The notes below the pieces were generated by a model. It saw only the letters and a program-made list of their open reading frames with translations. It searched no databases and was not told the DNA's origin. Both the position numbers and the translations under genes were made by a program. Source: Candidatus Woesebacteria bacterium (GTDB taxonomy: Bacteria; Patescibacteriota; Microgenomatia; UBA8517). From it: DNA of 64,000 nucleotides. Every line of letters starts with the position of its first letter. Within the stretch, counting starts at the first letter, position 1. The stretch lies in contig CP066693.1 in assembly GCA_016432525.1 (NCBI GenBank), positions 849,639 to 913,638 of the forward strand, given 5' to 3'. Shown in pieces: positions 28,861 to 38,062 of this stretch.

Positions 28861-29247
28861 ATGAATCTCAACACGCTTTTCAAGTTGGGAGCAATCCTGC
28901 TCCTCGTAGTCGGGCTCGCCCTTCTTGTCGTTCCAAATGAAGTGGCTAAGCTTGTAGGTATCTCCTACGATTGGCCGCTAACTGATGGTCTGCGAGTAAT
29001 GGGTGGTATGCTCCTTGGGGTAGCCCTTGTCCAGTGGCAGGTCAGCGAATCCAAATCCAAAGACTTCAAGGAAACAGCTATATGGTCTGGCCTTGCAGGC
29101 ACAGTTCTGGGATTTGTAGTTCTATTGACCGCCCAAATCGGTCAGCGCTACAACTGGGTTGCATGGGCACTGGTCGTAATTCTTGGTCTAGGCGCATTGG
29201 GATTCCTATATTATGGAGTCCTCGGCCAGGGCGAAAAGCAAACCTAA
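28861..29247 (+). CDS. small 4-TM membrane protein (GC-rich)
   Basis: RBS AGGGGGA before the ATG. Four hydrophobic helices. Confidence 0.45.
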   Translation: MNLNTLFKLGAILLLVVGLALLVVPNEVAKLVGISYDWPLTDGLRVMGGMLLGVALVQWQVSESKSKDFKETAIWSGLAGTVLGFVVLLTAQIGQRYNWVAWALVVILGLGALGFLYYGVLGQGEKQT

Positions 29248-29323
29248 CAACAACAAGCGGCTTCTCCTCAAAAAACCAATTAAACCAAGGGGTTAGTTGA
29301 TGAGGACAAGCCGCATTTTTTAT

Positions 29324-29614
29324 TTATCTACTTTCAGTCTCAACTTCAATTCCACCAGTTCTTCTTGCAATTAAATTATATAAAAAACCCTCCAGTAGTC
29401 CCATTAAAAAACCTATCACTACATACAAAACAGGCATTATCAAAAAAGTTGTTACCAGAAGTGGGGTTGCAGAAACTGGTTTGACAAATCGATATTGCAT
29501 TAGAAAAGTCGCAGAAGAACTCAAAACAGCATTAATTATTCCAAAAACAAAAAAAATAAATGCTTGTACCTTTGCTAAAGACATGGAATTTATGTGTTTA
29601 ATTCTTGTCATCAA
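29324..29614 (-). CDS. small membrane protein
   Basis: Two to three hydrophobic helices. Confidence 0.35.
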   Translation of the reverse strand: MMTRIKHINSMSLAKVQAFIFFVFGIINAVLSSSATFLMQYRFVKPVSATPLLVTTFLIMPVLYVVIGFLMGLLEGFLYNLIARRTGGIEVETESR

Positions 29615-29640
29615 CTTTCACCCCCAATACCAATATATTA

Positions 29641-30165
29641 TTATGCAACTTTCGTCTGATCAAATGAAAGCCCTTCCTTACTCATCCATATTCCAGGTTC
29701 ACCAGTTTTTCGATCAACAAAAAACTCTACTGAATGTTCGCAATTTTGGGAAAAAACATCTTTATATTTATTTACCAAAAGTTGACATTCCATTTTTAGT
29801 ATTAAATTAGCCATATCGTTGTCAAGAGATGACAATTTAAAATAGTCATAAGAAGCAACACTGCTTCTGAAATAACGTTCCACTTCAGTCCGAAGTATCC
29901 TTATGGAAGAGTTTGTCCTCTTTACAATTCCGCCTTCAGGGGTATCTTCTACTATTTGCCCTAATTCTTTGACTCTTTCATCATTTAATCTCCCAGCAAA
30001 AAACCTAGAAAAAAACAGAGCAGTCAGACCATTTCCTTCTTTCTCACCAGTTTTCGATTTACACTCTTGAATAAAATTACCAATAACATTATCAACTACA
30101 ACATCAGAAGATTGGTCTAAATCTCCTAAAAAATTTATAAATGATTTTCCGTTTTCACTTTGCAT
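29641..30165 (-). CDS. hypothetical cytoplasmic protein
   Basis: 11-bp overlap with the upstream 885-aa gene, consistent with an operon. Confidence 0.4.
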   Translation of the reverse strand: MQSENGKSFINFLGDLDQSSDVVVDNVIGNFIQECKSKTGEKEGNGLTALFFSRFFAGRLNDERVKELGQIVEDTPEGGIVKRTNSSIRILRTEVERYFRSSVASYDYFKLSSLDNDMANLILKMECQLLVNKYKDVFSQNCEHSVEFFVDRKTGEPGIWMSKEGLSFDQTKVA

Positions 30166-32812
30166 ATAATTGCAATCCTTTTTGCAAAGAAGTTAACTCA
30201 TCTGCCTTTACTCCACTGGTTGCAAGGCCTTGCGGATCAAAACCTGAAAAGTCAATAAAATATATTTTTCCATCAGAGCCAACTATTATATTATCAGGGT
30301 TGACAATCTGTCCACTCACAGCAATGTCTCCATGTGCACGACCAGTTACAGTTTGTATTTGTTGCAGTTCTGATACCGCTTGATTTATTTGATCTTGTGT
30401 AAACTTTCCTCCAGCCGTCACATAATCAGCCAACGTCTTCCCTGCTATATAAGATTGCTTATACCCAATAATATTTCCCGTAGCATCATAAACGAAACCT
30501 TCAAAGTTAGGTATACCAGCTTGACCTCCAAACTGTTGATAAAACTTTATCTCATTCTCAGCAGACTGTATTGCAACCTCAGATTGTAATGTTGTATTTT
30601 TAAAAACCTTAACTACAGTTCCAGTCGTGGAATCAACATAAGTATCAGCATAAGCTCCGCTCCCTAATTTAGTTACAGATGTAATTGGGTTTCCTGCTTG
30701 ATCAAACAAAGTCTCCCCTGGTTGATAGGCATAAACTCGGGATTGAAGCTCGGGATTAACGATAACACTTACAGGCACTTCTTCCCATTTACCATTAACT
30801 AACCTTAATGTTAATCCTTGTGACTCTAAATCATTCAAGTAATTTCTAACCGAAGCATCTTTAGCAGCCAAATCTAAAAGTTCAGCATATGTCTTTGCCC
30901 CTGCAACTACTGACTGTGCCGGTTTAGAGAAAAAACTAATTATCGCTTCACGAAATGGACTTAATGCCAAATCAGCCAAAAAAGTCCCCTGAATCCCTGC
31001 TGCAATCGTCTCAGCTCCACAGCCTTCTGGCTTTAATCCTGCATTGGCAAGAGCATTACACTGTGCCCACGCAACAGATGCATCAGTAGTTGAACCTAAA
31101 AGACCAAATGTTACCAAATCGGCAGATTGATACTGCAATAAAAGATATTTTTGCCAGAAAGGAAGGCTTGGATCTTTAAGTATAGCCTCCTGTCTTCGAA
31201 TCCATGACTTTAGACCAATAGATAGTGTTTGAAGACTCAGTCTTTCAAACTGAACAGAAATCGGGTCAGTCGCCTTAGTTTGAGCCTCTTTTATCATATC
31301 AACCTGACTCTGACTGAGATTAGAATTTCCAAATAAAATATCTGCTTGGGATTGTGCACTATATTGTTTATCTGCATAGGAAAAAATTTCACTTATAGAT
31401 TTAGAGCAAACTTGACCAGATTTAATTAAATCCGCAACCCTTCTTGGGTCTGCTCCTTCACCCAATCCAAGCTGGATTGTGCCGGTCTGATTTCCATTTG
31501 CATCGCAAAGGTATATGTATGTTCCTTGAAGATCAGCGCTACTTGATAGAAAACTTAAGTATTTCAAAGGGTCGGATAAAAGAGTTTTCTGGAAAGCTGT
31601 CCTAAACGACGGATCATTGACATTATTAATATTTACCCAAGTACAATTTTGGCCATTTTTATCACAAATATAAACTTCATATCCACCATTCACACTTTTT
31701 CTCACAATTCCATCAAATCCAATAAGACACATTCTCCCAACTCCAACAATTTTTCCATCGCAGCTGCATACTCCAGATCCACCTCCATAATAAGGATCAC
31801 ATATTTGCCCAGGAATAATCTCGTAAATATTTTTTGGCGCAGTTCCACACCAATTCTTACCATTAAATTGGAAAGATGTATTAGCACAACACTTTATACC
31901 ATTTACAACTTCCAAACTATCAGAAACGCAAATAGAAGAAGCTATTGTATTTAAAGGCGGAGGAGTACTGGTAAGTATTTGGTTTATCTGTTGCCTGCTA
32001 CAACAAATAGAAGAGGCGCTATCACATCCCGATCCTCCATTTACAACAGAAAGTCCAACGCTTGCACAGCTTCTTGTAGCAATACACACTCCACCAGCCA
32101 AAGAACAAGCAGCTCCATTTGAAACCAAGGCAGATCCAGGGCTTGTTCCAGGTTTACAAGGACCACCATCTGGAAGCAATCCTCCATTCACAACATGGCA
32201 CAAAGTATTATTAATAGCACAGTCTCCTTCATGTAAACATCCAACAGCTGCATAGGGGACAATATCAGGGTTTGAAGAAATTCCAGTTCCCTCACAGACA
32301 TTATTGACACACGAATATCCGCTACAACATCTACTACCATATTTATCTCCACAAACATCTCCGCCAACTGCACAAACAGGAATTACTTGACCAGTACTAC
32401 AACAATTTTGTCCAAAAGAACATTGCCCTGAAGCGCCTTGCCTTCCTGTATAAGAACACGAAAGTATGTAACAAGACCCTAAACAAGGAGGTGGAGTTGG
32501 TGCAGGAGTTGGTCCCGGATTTACTCCAGGAAAAGTGCCGCCTGGCCTTGAAGGTGGAGCCTGGCATCCTCCACAACCAGTCGAACAATTACTTGCAGGA
32601 GATGTATCAGTATAAGCTTCGCACCAACCACCAGGGTTACATCTATAACAGGTTTTAGGTTTTGGATAATTAAAAGGTGTTGCATTAGGTTTTGGAGTTG
32701 TAGGAACAATTGGAGGTGGAGCAATTGCAGCTCGGGTTAAACTTCCACTGGACAGAAAAAGAAAACTTCCAAGAAGAAAAAGTAAAATGGCAGTAATTTT
32801 TAAATTTCTCAC
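30155..32812 (-). CDS. Cys-rich protein with N-terminal signal peptide/anchor and a C-terminal protein-kinase-like (APH/ChoK-type) domain
   Basis: Signal/anchor, Pro-rich segment and many CxxC/CSTGCGGC clusters. C-terminal LGSGAYADTY ... VVKVFK ... ENEIKFY ... AHGDIAVSGQIVNPDNIIV ... KIYFIDFSG give an ordered kinase-like motif set. Confidence 0.55.
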   Translation of the reverse strand: MRNLKITAILLFLLGSFLFLSSGSLTRAAIAPPPIVPTTPKPNATPFNYPKPKTCYRCNPGGWCEAYTDTSPASNCSTGCGGCQAPPSRPGGTFPGVNPGPTPAPTPPPCLGSCYILSCSYTGRQGASGQCSFGQNCCSTGQVIPVCAVGGDVCGDKYGSRCCSGYSCVNNVCEGTGISSNPDIVPYAAVGCLHEGDCAINNTLCHVVNGGLLPDGGPCKPGTSPGSALVSNGAACSLAGGVCIATRSCASVGLSVVNGGSGCDSASSICCSRQQINQILTSTPPPLNTIASSICVSDSLEVVNGIKCCANTSFQFNGKNWCGTAPKNIYEIIPGQICDPYYGGGSGVCSCDGKIVGVGRMCLIGFDGIVRKSVNGGYEVYICDKNGQNCTWVNINNVNDPSFRTAFQKTLLSDPLKYLSFLSSSADLQGTYIYLCDANGNQTGTIQLGLGEGADPRRVADLIKSGQVCSKSISEIFSYADKQYSAQSQADILFGNSNLSQSQVDMIKEAQTKATDPISVQFERLSLQTLSIGLKSWIRRQEAILKDPSLPFWQKYLLLQYQSADLVTFGLLGSTTDASVAWAQCNALANAGLKPEGCGAETIAAGIQGTFLADLALSPFREAIISFFSKPAQSVVAGAKTYAELLDLAAKDASVRNYLNDLESQGLTLRLVNGKWEEVPVSVIVNPELQSRVYAYQPGETLFDQAGNPITSVTKLGSGAYADTYVDSTTGTVVKVFKNTTLQSEVAIQSAENEIKFYQQFGGQAGIPNFEGFVYDATGNIIGYKQSYIAGKTLADYVTAGGKFTQDQINQAVSELQQIQTVTGRAHGDIAVSGQIVNPDNIIVGSDGKIYFIDFSGFDPQGLATSGVKADELTSLQKGLQLYAK

Positions 32813-32843
32813 CCTTTAACCACTATAAATTAGACCAGATTTC

Positions 32844-32872
32844 TTTACAATAGGCTTAATTTATAATATAAT
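32844..32872 (+). promoter_or_regulatory. sigma70-like promoter TTTACA-N17-TATAAT for rplK, predicting a near-leaderless transcript
   Basis: -35 at 32844-32849 and -10 at 32867-32872. The ATG is at 32881. Confidence 0.35.
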
Positions 32873-32880
32873 TTCATGCT

Positions 32881-33306
32881 ATGGCAGCAAAAAAAGTAAA
32901 AACTATCGTTAAAATTAACCTGAAAGGGGCAGAGGCAACTCCGGCCCCACCTGTTGGTACTGCATTAGGCCAACATGGTATTGCCATTATGGAATTTGTC
33001 AAAGCTTACAACGACAAAACAGCCAGCCTCAAAGGCCAGGTAGTCCCCGCAGTCATCACAATTTACGAAGATCGTTCATTTGATTTTATTATCAAAATGG
33101 CCCCAGTAGCTGATATGATCAAGAAAAAACTAGGAATCGAAAAAGGTTCAGGTAAAGTTCCATCAGTTACAGTCGGCACTCTCACAAAATCTCAAGTCGA
33201 AGAAATAGCCAAAGAAAAAATGCCAGATTTAAATACTGATAATTTAGAGGCAGCAGAAAAAATTGTTGCAGGTACAGCAAGATCGATGGGAGTAAAAATA
33301 GAATGA
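32881..33306 (+). CDS. rplK: 50S ribosomal protein L11
   Basis: MAAKKVKTIVKINLKGAEATPAPPVGTALGQHGI... Confidence 0.95.
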   Translation: MAAKKVKTIVKINLKGAEATPAPPVGTALGQHGIAIMEFVKAYNDKTASLKGQVVPAVITIYEDRSFDFIIKMAPVADMIKKKLGIEKGSGKVPSVTVGTLTKSQVEEIAKEKMPDLNTDNLEAAEKIVAGTARSMGVKIE

Positions 33307-34052
33307 AAAAAGTAAAAGAAGAAAAAAGTTTACCCGCCGACAGAAGGGTCCATATAGCAGGTTTAAAAGGCGGTCAGCGCGTAGTATCAATCTCAGCAGA
33401 ATCAGAACAAAAAGAAACAAAAACTGAAAAAGTGGAGACTAAAAAAGAAACAAAAGAAAAAAAGGAAAGAGCTCGTGGCAAGAAATATCAGAGTTCAAGA
33501 TCAAAAATTGATAAAAACAAATTTTATACAACACCAGATGCAGTCAAAACTTTAAAAGAAATAAGTTATTCCAAATTTGATGAAACAGTCGAACTTCACG
33601 CTCTTGTCAAAAAAGATTCCCTTTCAGTTAATGTCACTCTCCCTCATTCATTTGGCAAATCTAAGGCAATTGAGGTTGCAAACGAAAAAACCATAGAGAA
33701 ACTCGAAAAAGGAAAAGTTGACTTTGATGTTCTTTTATCAACCGCTGATTTCATGCCAAAACTCGTTAAATTCGCAAAAATCCTAGGTCCAAAAGGCCTT
33801 ATGCCAAATCCCAAAAATGGAACACTAATCAAAAAGACATCAGATGCTGACAAATTCGCGTCAAACTCTATGACAATAAAAACCGAGAAAAAAGCTCCTT
33901 TAATTCATACAACAGTAGGAAAACTAAGTATGGATCCAAAAAATCTTGAAGAAAATGTTGAAAGCGCTCTAACAGCAATTAACAAAAGATTAATTCTTAA
34001 AGCCTACTTAAAATCAACAATGAGCCCTTCAATAAAGCTATCACTTAGCTAA
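33303..34052 (+). CDS. rplA: 50S ribosomal protein L1 with a ~55-aa Lys/Glu-rich N-terminal extension
   Basis: L1 homology begins near GKKYQSSRSKIDKNKFYT...FDETVELHA. ATGA overlap with rplK. Confidence 0.85.
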   Translation: MKKVKEEKSLPADRRVHIAGLKGGQRVVSISAESEQKETKTEKVETKKETKEKKERARGKKYQSSRSKIDKNKFYTTPDAVKTLKEISYSKFDETVELHALVKKDSLSVNVTLPHSFGKSKAIEVANEKTIEKLEKGKVDFDVLLSTADFMPKLVKFAKILGPKGLMPNPKNGTLIKKTSDADKFASNSMTIKTEKKAPLIHTTVGKLSMDPKNLEENVESALTAINKRLILKAYLKSTMSPSIKLSLS

Positions 34053-35381
34053 AGGAGTAATCGGATAAACAATAGGAGTACTCTTTTGACCAAATAAAAT
34101 TAAAAGTAAAATTCCAATTCCTAGAAACAAAGTGATAAATATTAAAGTCAAAAACAAATTCGCAATAGAGGCACCCAATCCATATTTTGAATAAATAAAG
34201 GCAGCAGCCCCAAAAATTAAAATTCCATAGACTATCAAAGAAATTACCAAAACCAAAAGAGCAATAAGTGGGAAAAATTGTGAATTAGAATAAATATAAA
34301 AATTTCTGGAAAAATAATTAAATCCTGCAAATATTAATCCTGTATAAAGACTTGCAAATATTGACGATCCCAAACTAACCAAGAAAATAACCACTACTTT
34401 ATTGGTTTTCTCAAAACTTCTACTCTTCAAGATTTTATACAAAACAAATCCAACCAAAGAAACAGTAACTATTACTCCGACAAAAACAGCTATTCCCATT
34501 CCAATTTCTCTGAGGTAAAGTTTTATCTGGCTATCTGCATAAATTCCAGCGACTTTATAAGTTTCGGAAGGTCCCAAAGAAGATGCGTTCTTAATAATAG
34601 CTCCATTACCAATCTGATTATAAAAATTATCAAAACTCGGGCTTGCCGCAGGTGCAGCCGAACCTGCATCCATTTTAAGGCTTGAGACAATCTCATTTGT
34701 TCTATAATTTATCTGCCCCTGTCCACCTTTTAGAAATAAATCAGAGTCAGTTGATATCCCAACCTGCAAATTTTGGATTTTATCATCTACTTTTAAAGTT
34801 TCAAAATTAAAATTCCAAGCTCCCAGTATATTTTTGCTCGCATACCCATTTGCCCTAAAGTAAACAAAAAATGCTCCAGATTTATTTTCTTTAACAGGGG
34901 TAGGTAGGCTAATATTTAATGTATCCCCTTTTAAATTAAAGTCCGCTTTCTGATATTTATTATTTCCGTAATATTGAAAATAATCAGGCTCCTGATACTC
35001 CAAACACGGGGGCTGAATGTAAAGAGTTCCCTGGGGTACTACCCCATATCGAATGCAACTAGGCTCTGCCAGAACTTGATAAACAGTTAAATCGTTTGGG
35101 TTTACTTTTGGAATCTGAAGCTGCATTTCAGAAAGCTGTTTGCTATCCAAATTCGAAAAAACAATCTTGGCAGATACTACTGCCTCCCCATTTCCACGAA
35201 AGGTAACTGAATAGTATTGCGACTGTCCTAAAAAATTAGGATTAGAAGGAGGTCTTCTGACTGGCATTATAGAAGGAGCAATTGTTCCGCTACTTCCAGC
35301 AGATTGAGAATCCTGAGCCAATATCGATCTTGGAAGCAACAAAAAAATGCTAAGTATTATCAAGAATATTTTTTTAACCAT
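34041..35381 (-). CDS. membrane protein: signal peptide, ~280-aa extracytoplasmic domain, C-terminal multi-TM region
   Basis: Hydrophobicity pattern only. Confidence 0.4.
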   Translation of the reverse strand: MVKKIFLIILSIFLLLPRSILAQDSQSAGSSGTIAPSIMPVRRPPSNPNFLGQSQYYSVTFRGNGEAVVSAKIVFSNLDSKQLSEMQLQIPKVNPNDLTVYQVLAEPSCIRYGVVPQGTLYIQPPCLEYQEPDYFQYYGNNKYQKADFNLKGDTLNISLPTPVKENKSGAFFVYFRANGYASKNILGAWNFNFETLKVDDKIQNLQVGISTDSDLFLKGGQGQINYRTNEIVSSLKMDAGSAAPAASPSFDNFYNQIGNGAIIKNASSLGPSETYKVAGIYADSQIKLYLREIGMGIAVFVGVIVTVSLVGFVLYKILKSRSFEKTNKVVVIFLVSLGSSIFASLYTGLIFAGFNYFSRNFYIYSNSQFFPLIALLVLVISLIVYGILIFGAAAFIYSKYGLGASIANLFLTLIFITLFLGIGILLLILFGQKSTPIVYPITPLAK

Positions 35382-35403
35382 TATCTAATTATAAACATCT
35401 AGT

Positions 35404-35796
35404 CTATTCCATTAAAGTATCGTTTGTATAATCTTTTATTAAATTATCCAAAGAAGCCTGTCCTTTACTCTTTTCTTCTACGCTGCCATGCAACAAATCA
35501 TATATATGTAGTATCTGATCCAAATGAACAGAGCCCTCCATATACCATTCCACTACTTTTCTTTTCTTATTTAAAAGTATATGAGTTATGCTTCTTATGG
35601 TAAAATCATGCTCATCATCAAGCTTGGGATCGAATTTTGAACTAATTGATTTAGTCCCTTCCATCACTTCATCCCACCATTCAGGATCAATTTTTTCTAT
35701 AGAAACAACTGGCCAAATTCGTTTGCGCTCGGATGACATATTTGCAATAATCATTGTATCAAATATTGATATGGATGAAGACGTTGCAAGAGACAT
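35404..35796 (-). CDS. hypothetical protein
   Basis: ORF with no recognisable motif. Confidence 0.3.
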   Translation of the reverse strand: MSLATSSSISIFDTMIIANMSSERKRIWPVVSIEKIDPEWWDEVMEGTKSISSKFDPKLDDEHDFTIRSITHILLNKKRKVVEWYMEGSVHLDQILHIYDLLHGSVEEKSKGQASLDNLIKDYTNDTLME

Positions 35797-36049
35797 AAGA
35801 CCTGGTCAAGGTAGAATAGTTTCCAATACTGAAGCTAAACTAAATATGGGGAGAAGCTTCCAAAGAGCAAGACATGAGGGACTAAAATCCAATCCAACAG
35901 AATGGGAAGCAAGTAAACGCCTAGCAAATAAGCCTCCAACCGACAATGAAAGAAAAATCCTTTTTGATGAAAACCCGTCAGATGTTAAAACATATAAAGC
36001 ATCAGGTTTGTCAGATGAAGAAATCTATAATATCTTGAAAAATAGATAG
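35771..36049 (+). CDS. hypothetical small protein (92 aa)
   Basis: Internal ATG at 35771 of the 35588 ORF. Avoids a long antisense overlap. Confidence 0.3.
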   Translation: MDEDVARDIRPGQGRIVSNTEAKLNMGRSFQRARHEGLKSNPTEWEASKRLANKPPTDNERKILFDENPSDVKTYKASGLSDEEIYNILKNR

Positions 36050-36123
36050 ATCTTTGCTACAATACTCTCTACTTGTCCAAAGACAGCAAGCATCAAGTTA
36101 ATTAAGTCTTGCCGAGGAAATAT

Positions 36124-36645
36124 ATGAAAAAACTTGCAAAAAGAGAGTTTGCCGAAAAACTCACCGATAAATTTCAAAAAGCTAAATCTATTGTGTTTGT
36201 GGATTTCGCAAAAATGAATGTGACAATCCAACAAACTCTTAAAAGTGATCTTAAAAAGTCTGATGGTAAGCTTTTAGTCGCCAAAAATACTCTTATAAAA
36301 ATCGCTGGAAAAAATGCCAAGCTTCCAGAAGATTTGCTAACCGATCAAATTTTGTCAGGTCAAACAGCAATTTTAATTGCAGATAAAGACCCAGTTGCCC
36401 CAATTCAAACACTTGGAAAATTCTTAAAAACTTCTGAAATTCCCCAACCCAAAGCAGGAATTGTCGAAGGACAGTTTCAGACCAAAGAGGCAATTATAGC
36501 TATCTCTAAACTTCCTTCTAAAAATGAATTGTTCGCTCAGGTTGTCGGCTCAATTCAATCCCCACTTTATGGTTTGGTTGGAGTTTTGAATGGCAATTTG
36601 CAAAAACTTGTCTGGATCCTGCAAGCTAAAGCAAACGCAAATTAA
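36124..36645 (+). CDS. rplJ: 50S ribosomal protein L10
   Basis: L10 fold. RBS GAGGA before the ATG at 36124 (the 36109 start in the track is a TTG). Confidence 0.8.
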   Translation: MKKLAKREFAEKLTDKFQKAKSIVFVDFAKMNVTIQQTLKSDLKKSDGKLLVAKNTLIKIAGKNAKLPEDLLTDQILSGQTAILIADKDPVAPIQTLGKFLKTSEIPQPKAGIVEGQFQTKEAIIAISKLPSKNELFAQVVGSIQSPLYGLVGVLNGNLQKLVWILQAKANAN

Positions 36646-36691
36646 TATTAATAATAGTATATATTTTTATAGAAGCTAGGAGGTGAGTCAA

Positions 36692-37072
36692 ATGGCAGAA
36701 AAAATAGAAAAATTAGTTAAAAGTATTTCAGAACTTTCAGTTTTGGAGGTATCTGAACTCGTTAAAGAACTTCAAGACAAACTTGGAGTTTCCGCTATGC
36801 CAGTCGCAGCAGCTCCAGCAGCAGCCGCAGCATCTGAGGAAGCCCCAACAGCAAGTGGTGGAGTTCAAACAGTTACCATGACCGCATCCGGTGCAAACAA
36901 AATTGCAGTCATCAAAGCTTTAAGAGAAATTAACCAAAATTTAGGACTCAAAGAAGCAAAAGACATGACAGAAAGTTTACCAGCTAAAGTTGCAGAAAAC
37001 GTTAAAGCAGAAGAAGCAAAAACTTTTGCTGAAAAACTTAAAGCAGCAGGAGCAACTGTTGAAGTTAAGTAA
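36692..37072 (+). CDS. rplL: 50S ribosomal protein L7/L12
   Basis: MAEKIEKLVKSISELSVLEVSELVKELQDKLGVSA...AAGATVEVK. RBS AGGAGG 8 nt upstream. Confidence 0.9.
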   Translation: MAEKIEKLVKSISELSVLEVSELVKELQDKLGVSAMPVAAAPAAAAASEEAPTASGGVQTVTMTASGANKIAVIKALREINQNLGLKEAKDMTESLPAKVAENVKAEEAKTFAEKLKAAGATVEVK

Positions 37073-37074
37073 AA

Positions 37075-37962
37075 CTAAATTATTTTTTCAAAATACTTAG
37101 CAAGTGCAGGTAGTTCTGGAGATATTTTATTATATGTAAAACCAGGGCCTCTATTTACTTCCAAAAGCCATGGTTTTCCTGCTTTGTCTATCAAAACATC
37201 AACTCCAGCTATCTCAAGTTTTAAGACCCTTGAAGATTTTGTCGCTATAGTTCGAATATCTGGCGGCACTTCTTTGGGGTCAAAAAATTCTTCAGATGCC
37301 CCTCGTGCAACATTTGCTCTAAACTCTCTTGGATCATCTTGAATCTTCTTTTCAGCTACAGCAATTCTATCACCCAAAACTAAAAGTCTATATTCGATAT
37401 CTCGCTCGCAATATTTTTGAAACATAAATCCTTCACTTGGATGTTTCTTGCGAAGTTCCATAAAATCATTGCGGTCTTTAAGTAAAAATACACCAATTCC
37501 TCTTTGAGTTTTTGGATTTTTAGAAACTACTGGAAGTCCAAATTTATTAATAATCCGATCAATGTTCTTTTCAATATTTCCTCTTGAACATAAAAATGTA
37601 GGAATTACCGGCAAGTCATTTATTGCAAGCCTAATAAGTGAAGGAAGCTTATCACCAGTATAACTGGCAAAACTAAATACTGAATCTATAAATCCAATAT
37701 GGTAATAATCCATACATATAGATAATGCTTTTGCAATTGAAGAATATCCAAAAGTTTTACGAAAATATATCAAATCAAAATCACGAAGGTCATGCTTTCC
37801 AATATTTACATCAATCTTTCCTCTTTCAAAACTAAACTCAATATCTGAAAAAGATGCCGTCAAAACATCAACTTTTCCTTTTAAATCATGTTTTACATGT
37901 GAATAAATACTATCTTTTGTTTTCTCCTCTTTGCCCATTAAAATTAGAAGCTTTTTTTTCAT
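37075..37962 (-). CDS. RimK-like ATP-grasp ligase (paralog 1)
   Basis: PVVSKNPKTQRGIGVFL and GVDVLIDKAGKPWLLEVNRGPGF ATP-grasp signatures. Confidence 0.75.
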   Translation of the reverse strand: MKKKLLILMGKEEKTKDSIYSHVKHDLKGKVDVLTASFSDIEFSFERGKIDVNIGKHDLRDFDLIYFRKTFGYSSIAKALSICMDYYHIGFIDSVFSFASYTGDKLPSLIRLAINDLPVIPTFLCSRGNIEKNIDRIINKFGLPVVSKNPKTQRGIGVFLLKDRNDFMELRKKHPSEGFMFQKYCERDIEYRLLVLGDRIAVAEKKIQDDPREFRANVARGASEEFFDPKEVPPDIRTIATKSSRVLKLEIAGVDVLIDKAGKPWLLEVNRGPGFTYNKISPELPALAKYFEKII

Positions 37963-38062
37963 TACTCAGATTATATGCTTAAAAAATTAATAACACAAAA
38001 AAATGCCACGTATTTGGTGTAATTTGCCAATATACGTGGCTAACTAAAATATTAAAACAGAT

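Noticed and set aside
35588-35770. Long N-terminal extension of the 35588..36049 ORF
   Set aside because: It would be antisense to most of the 35404..35796 gene. The shorter form starting at the ATG at 35771 is retained instead.
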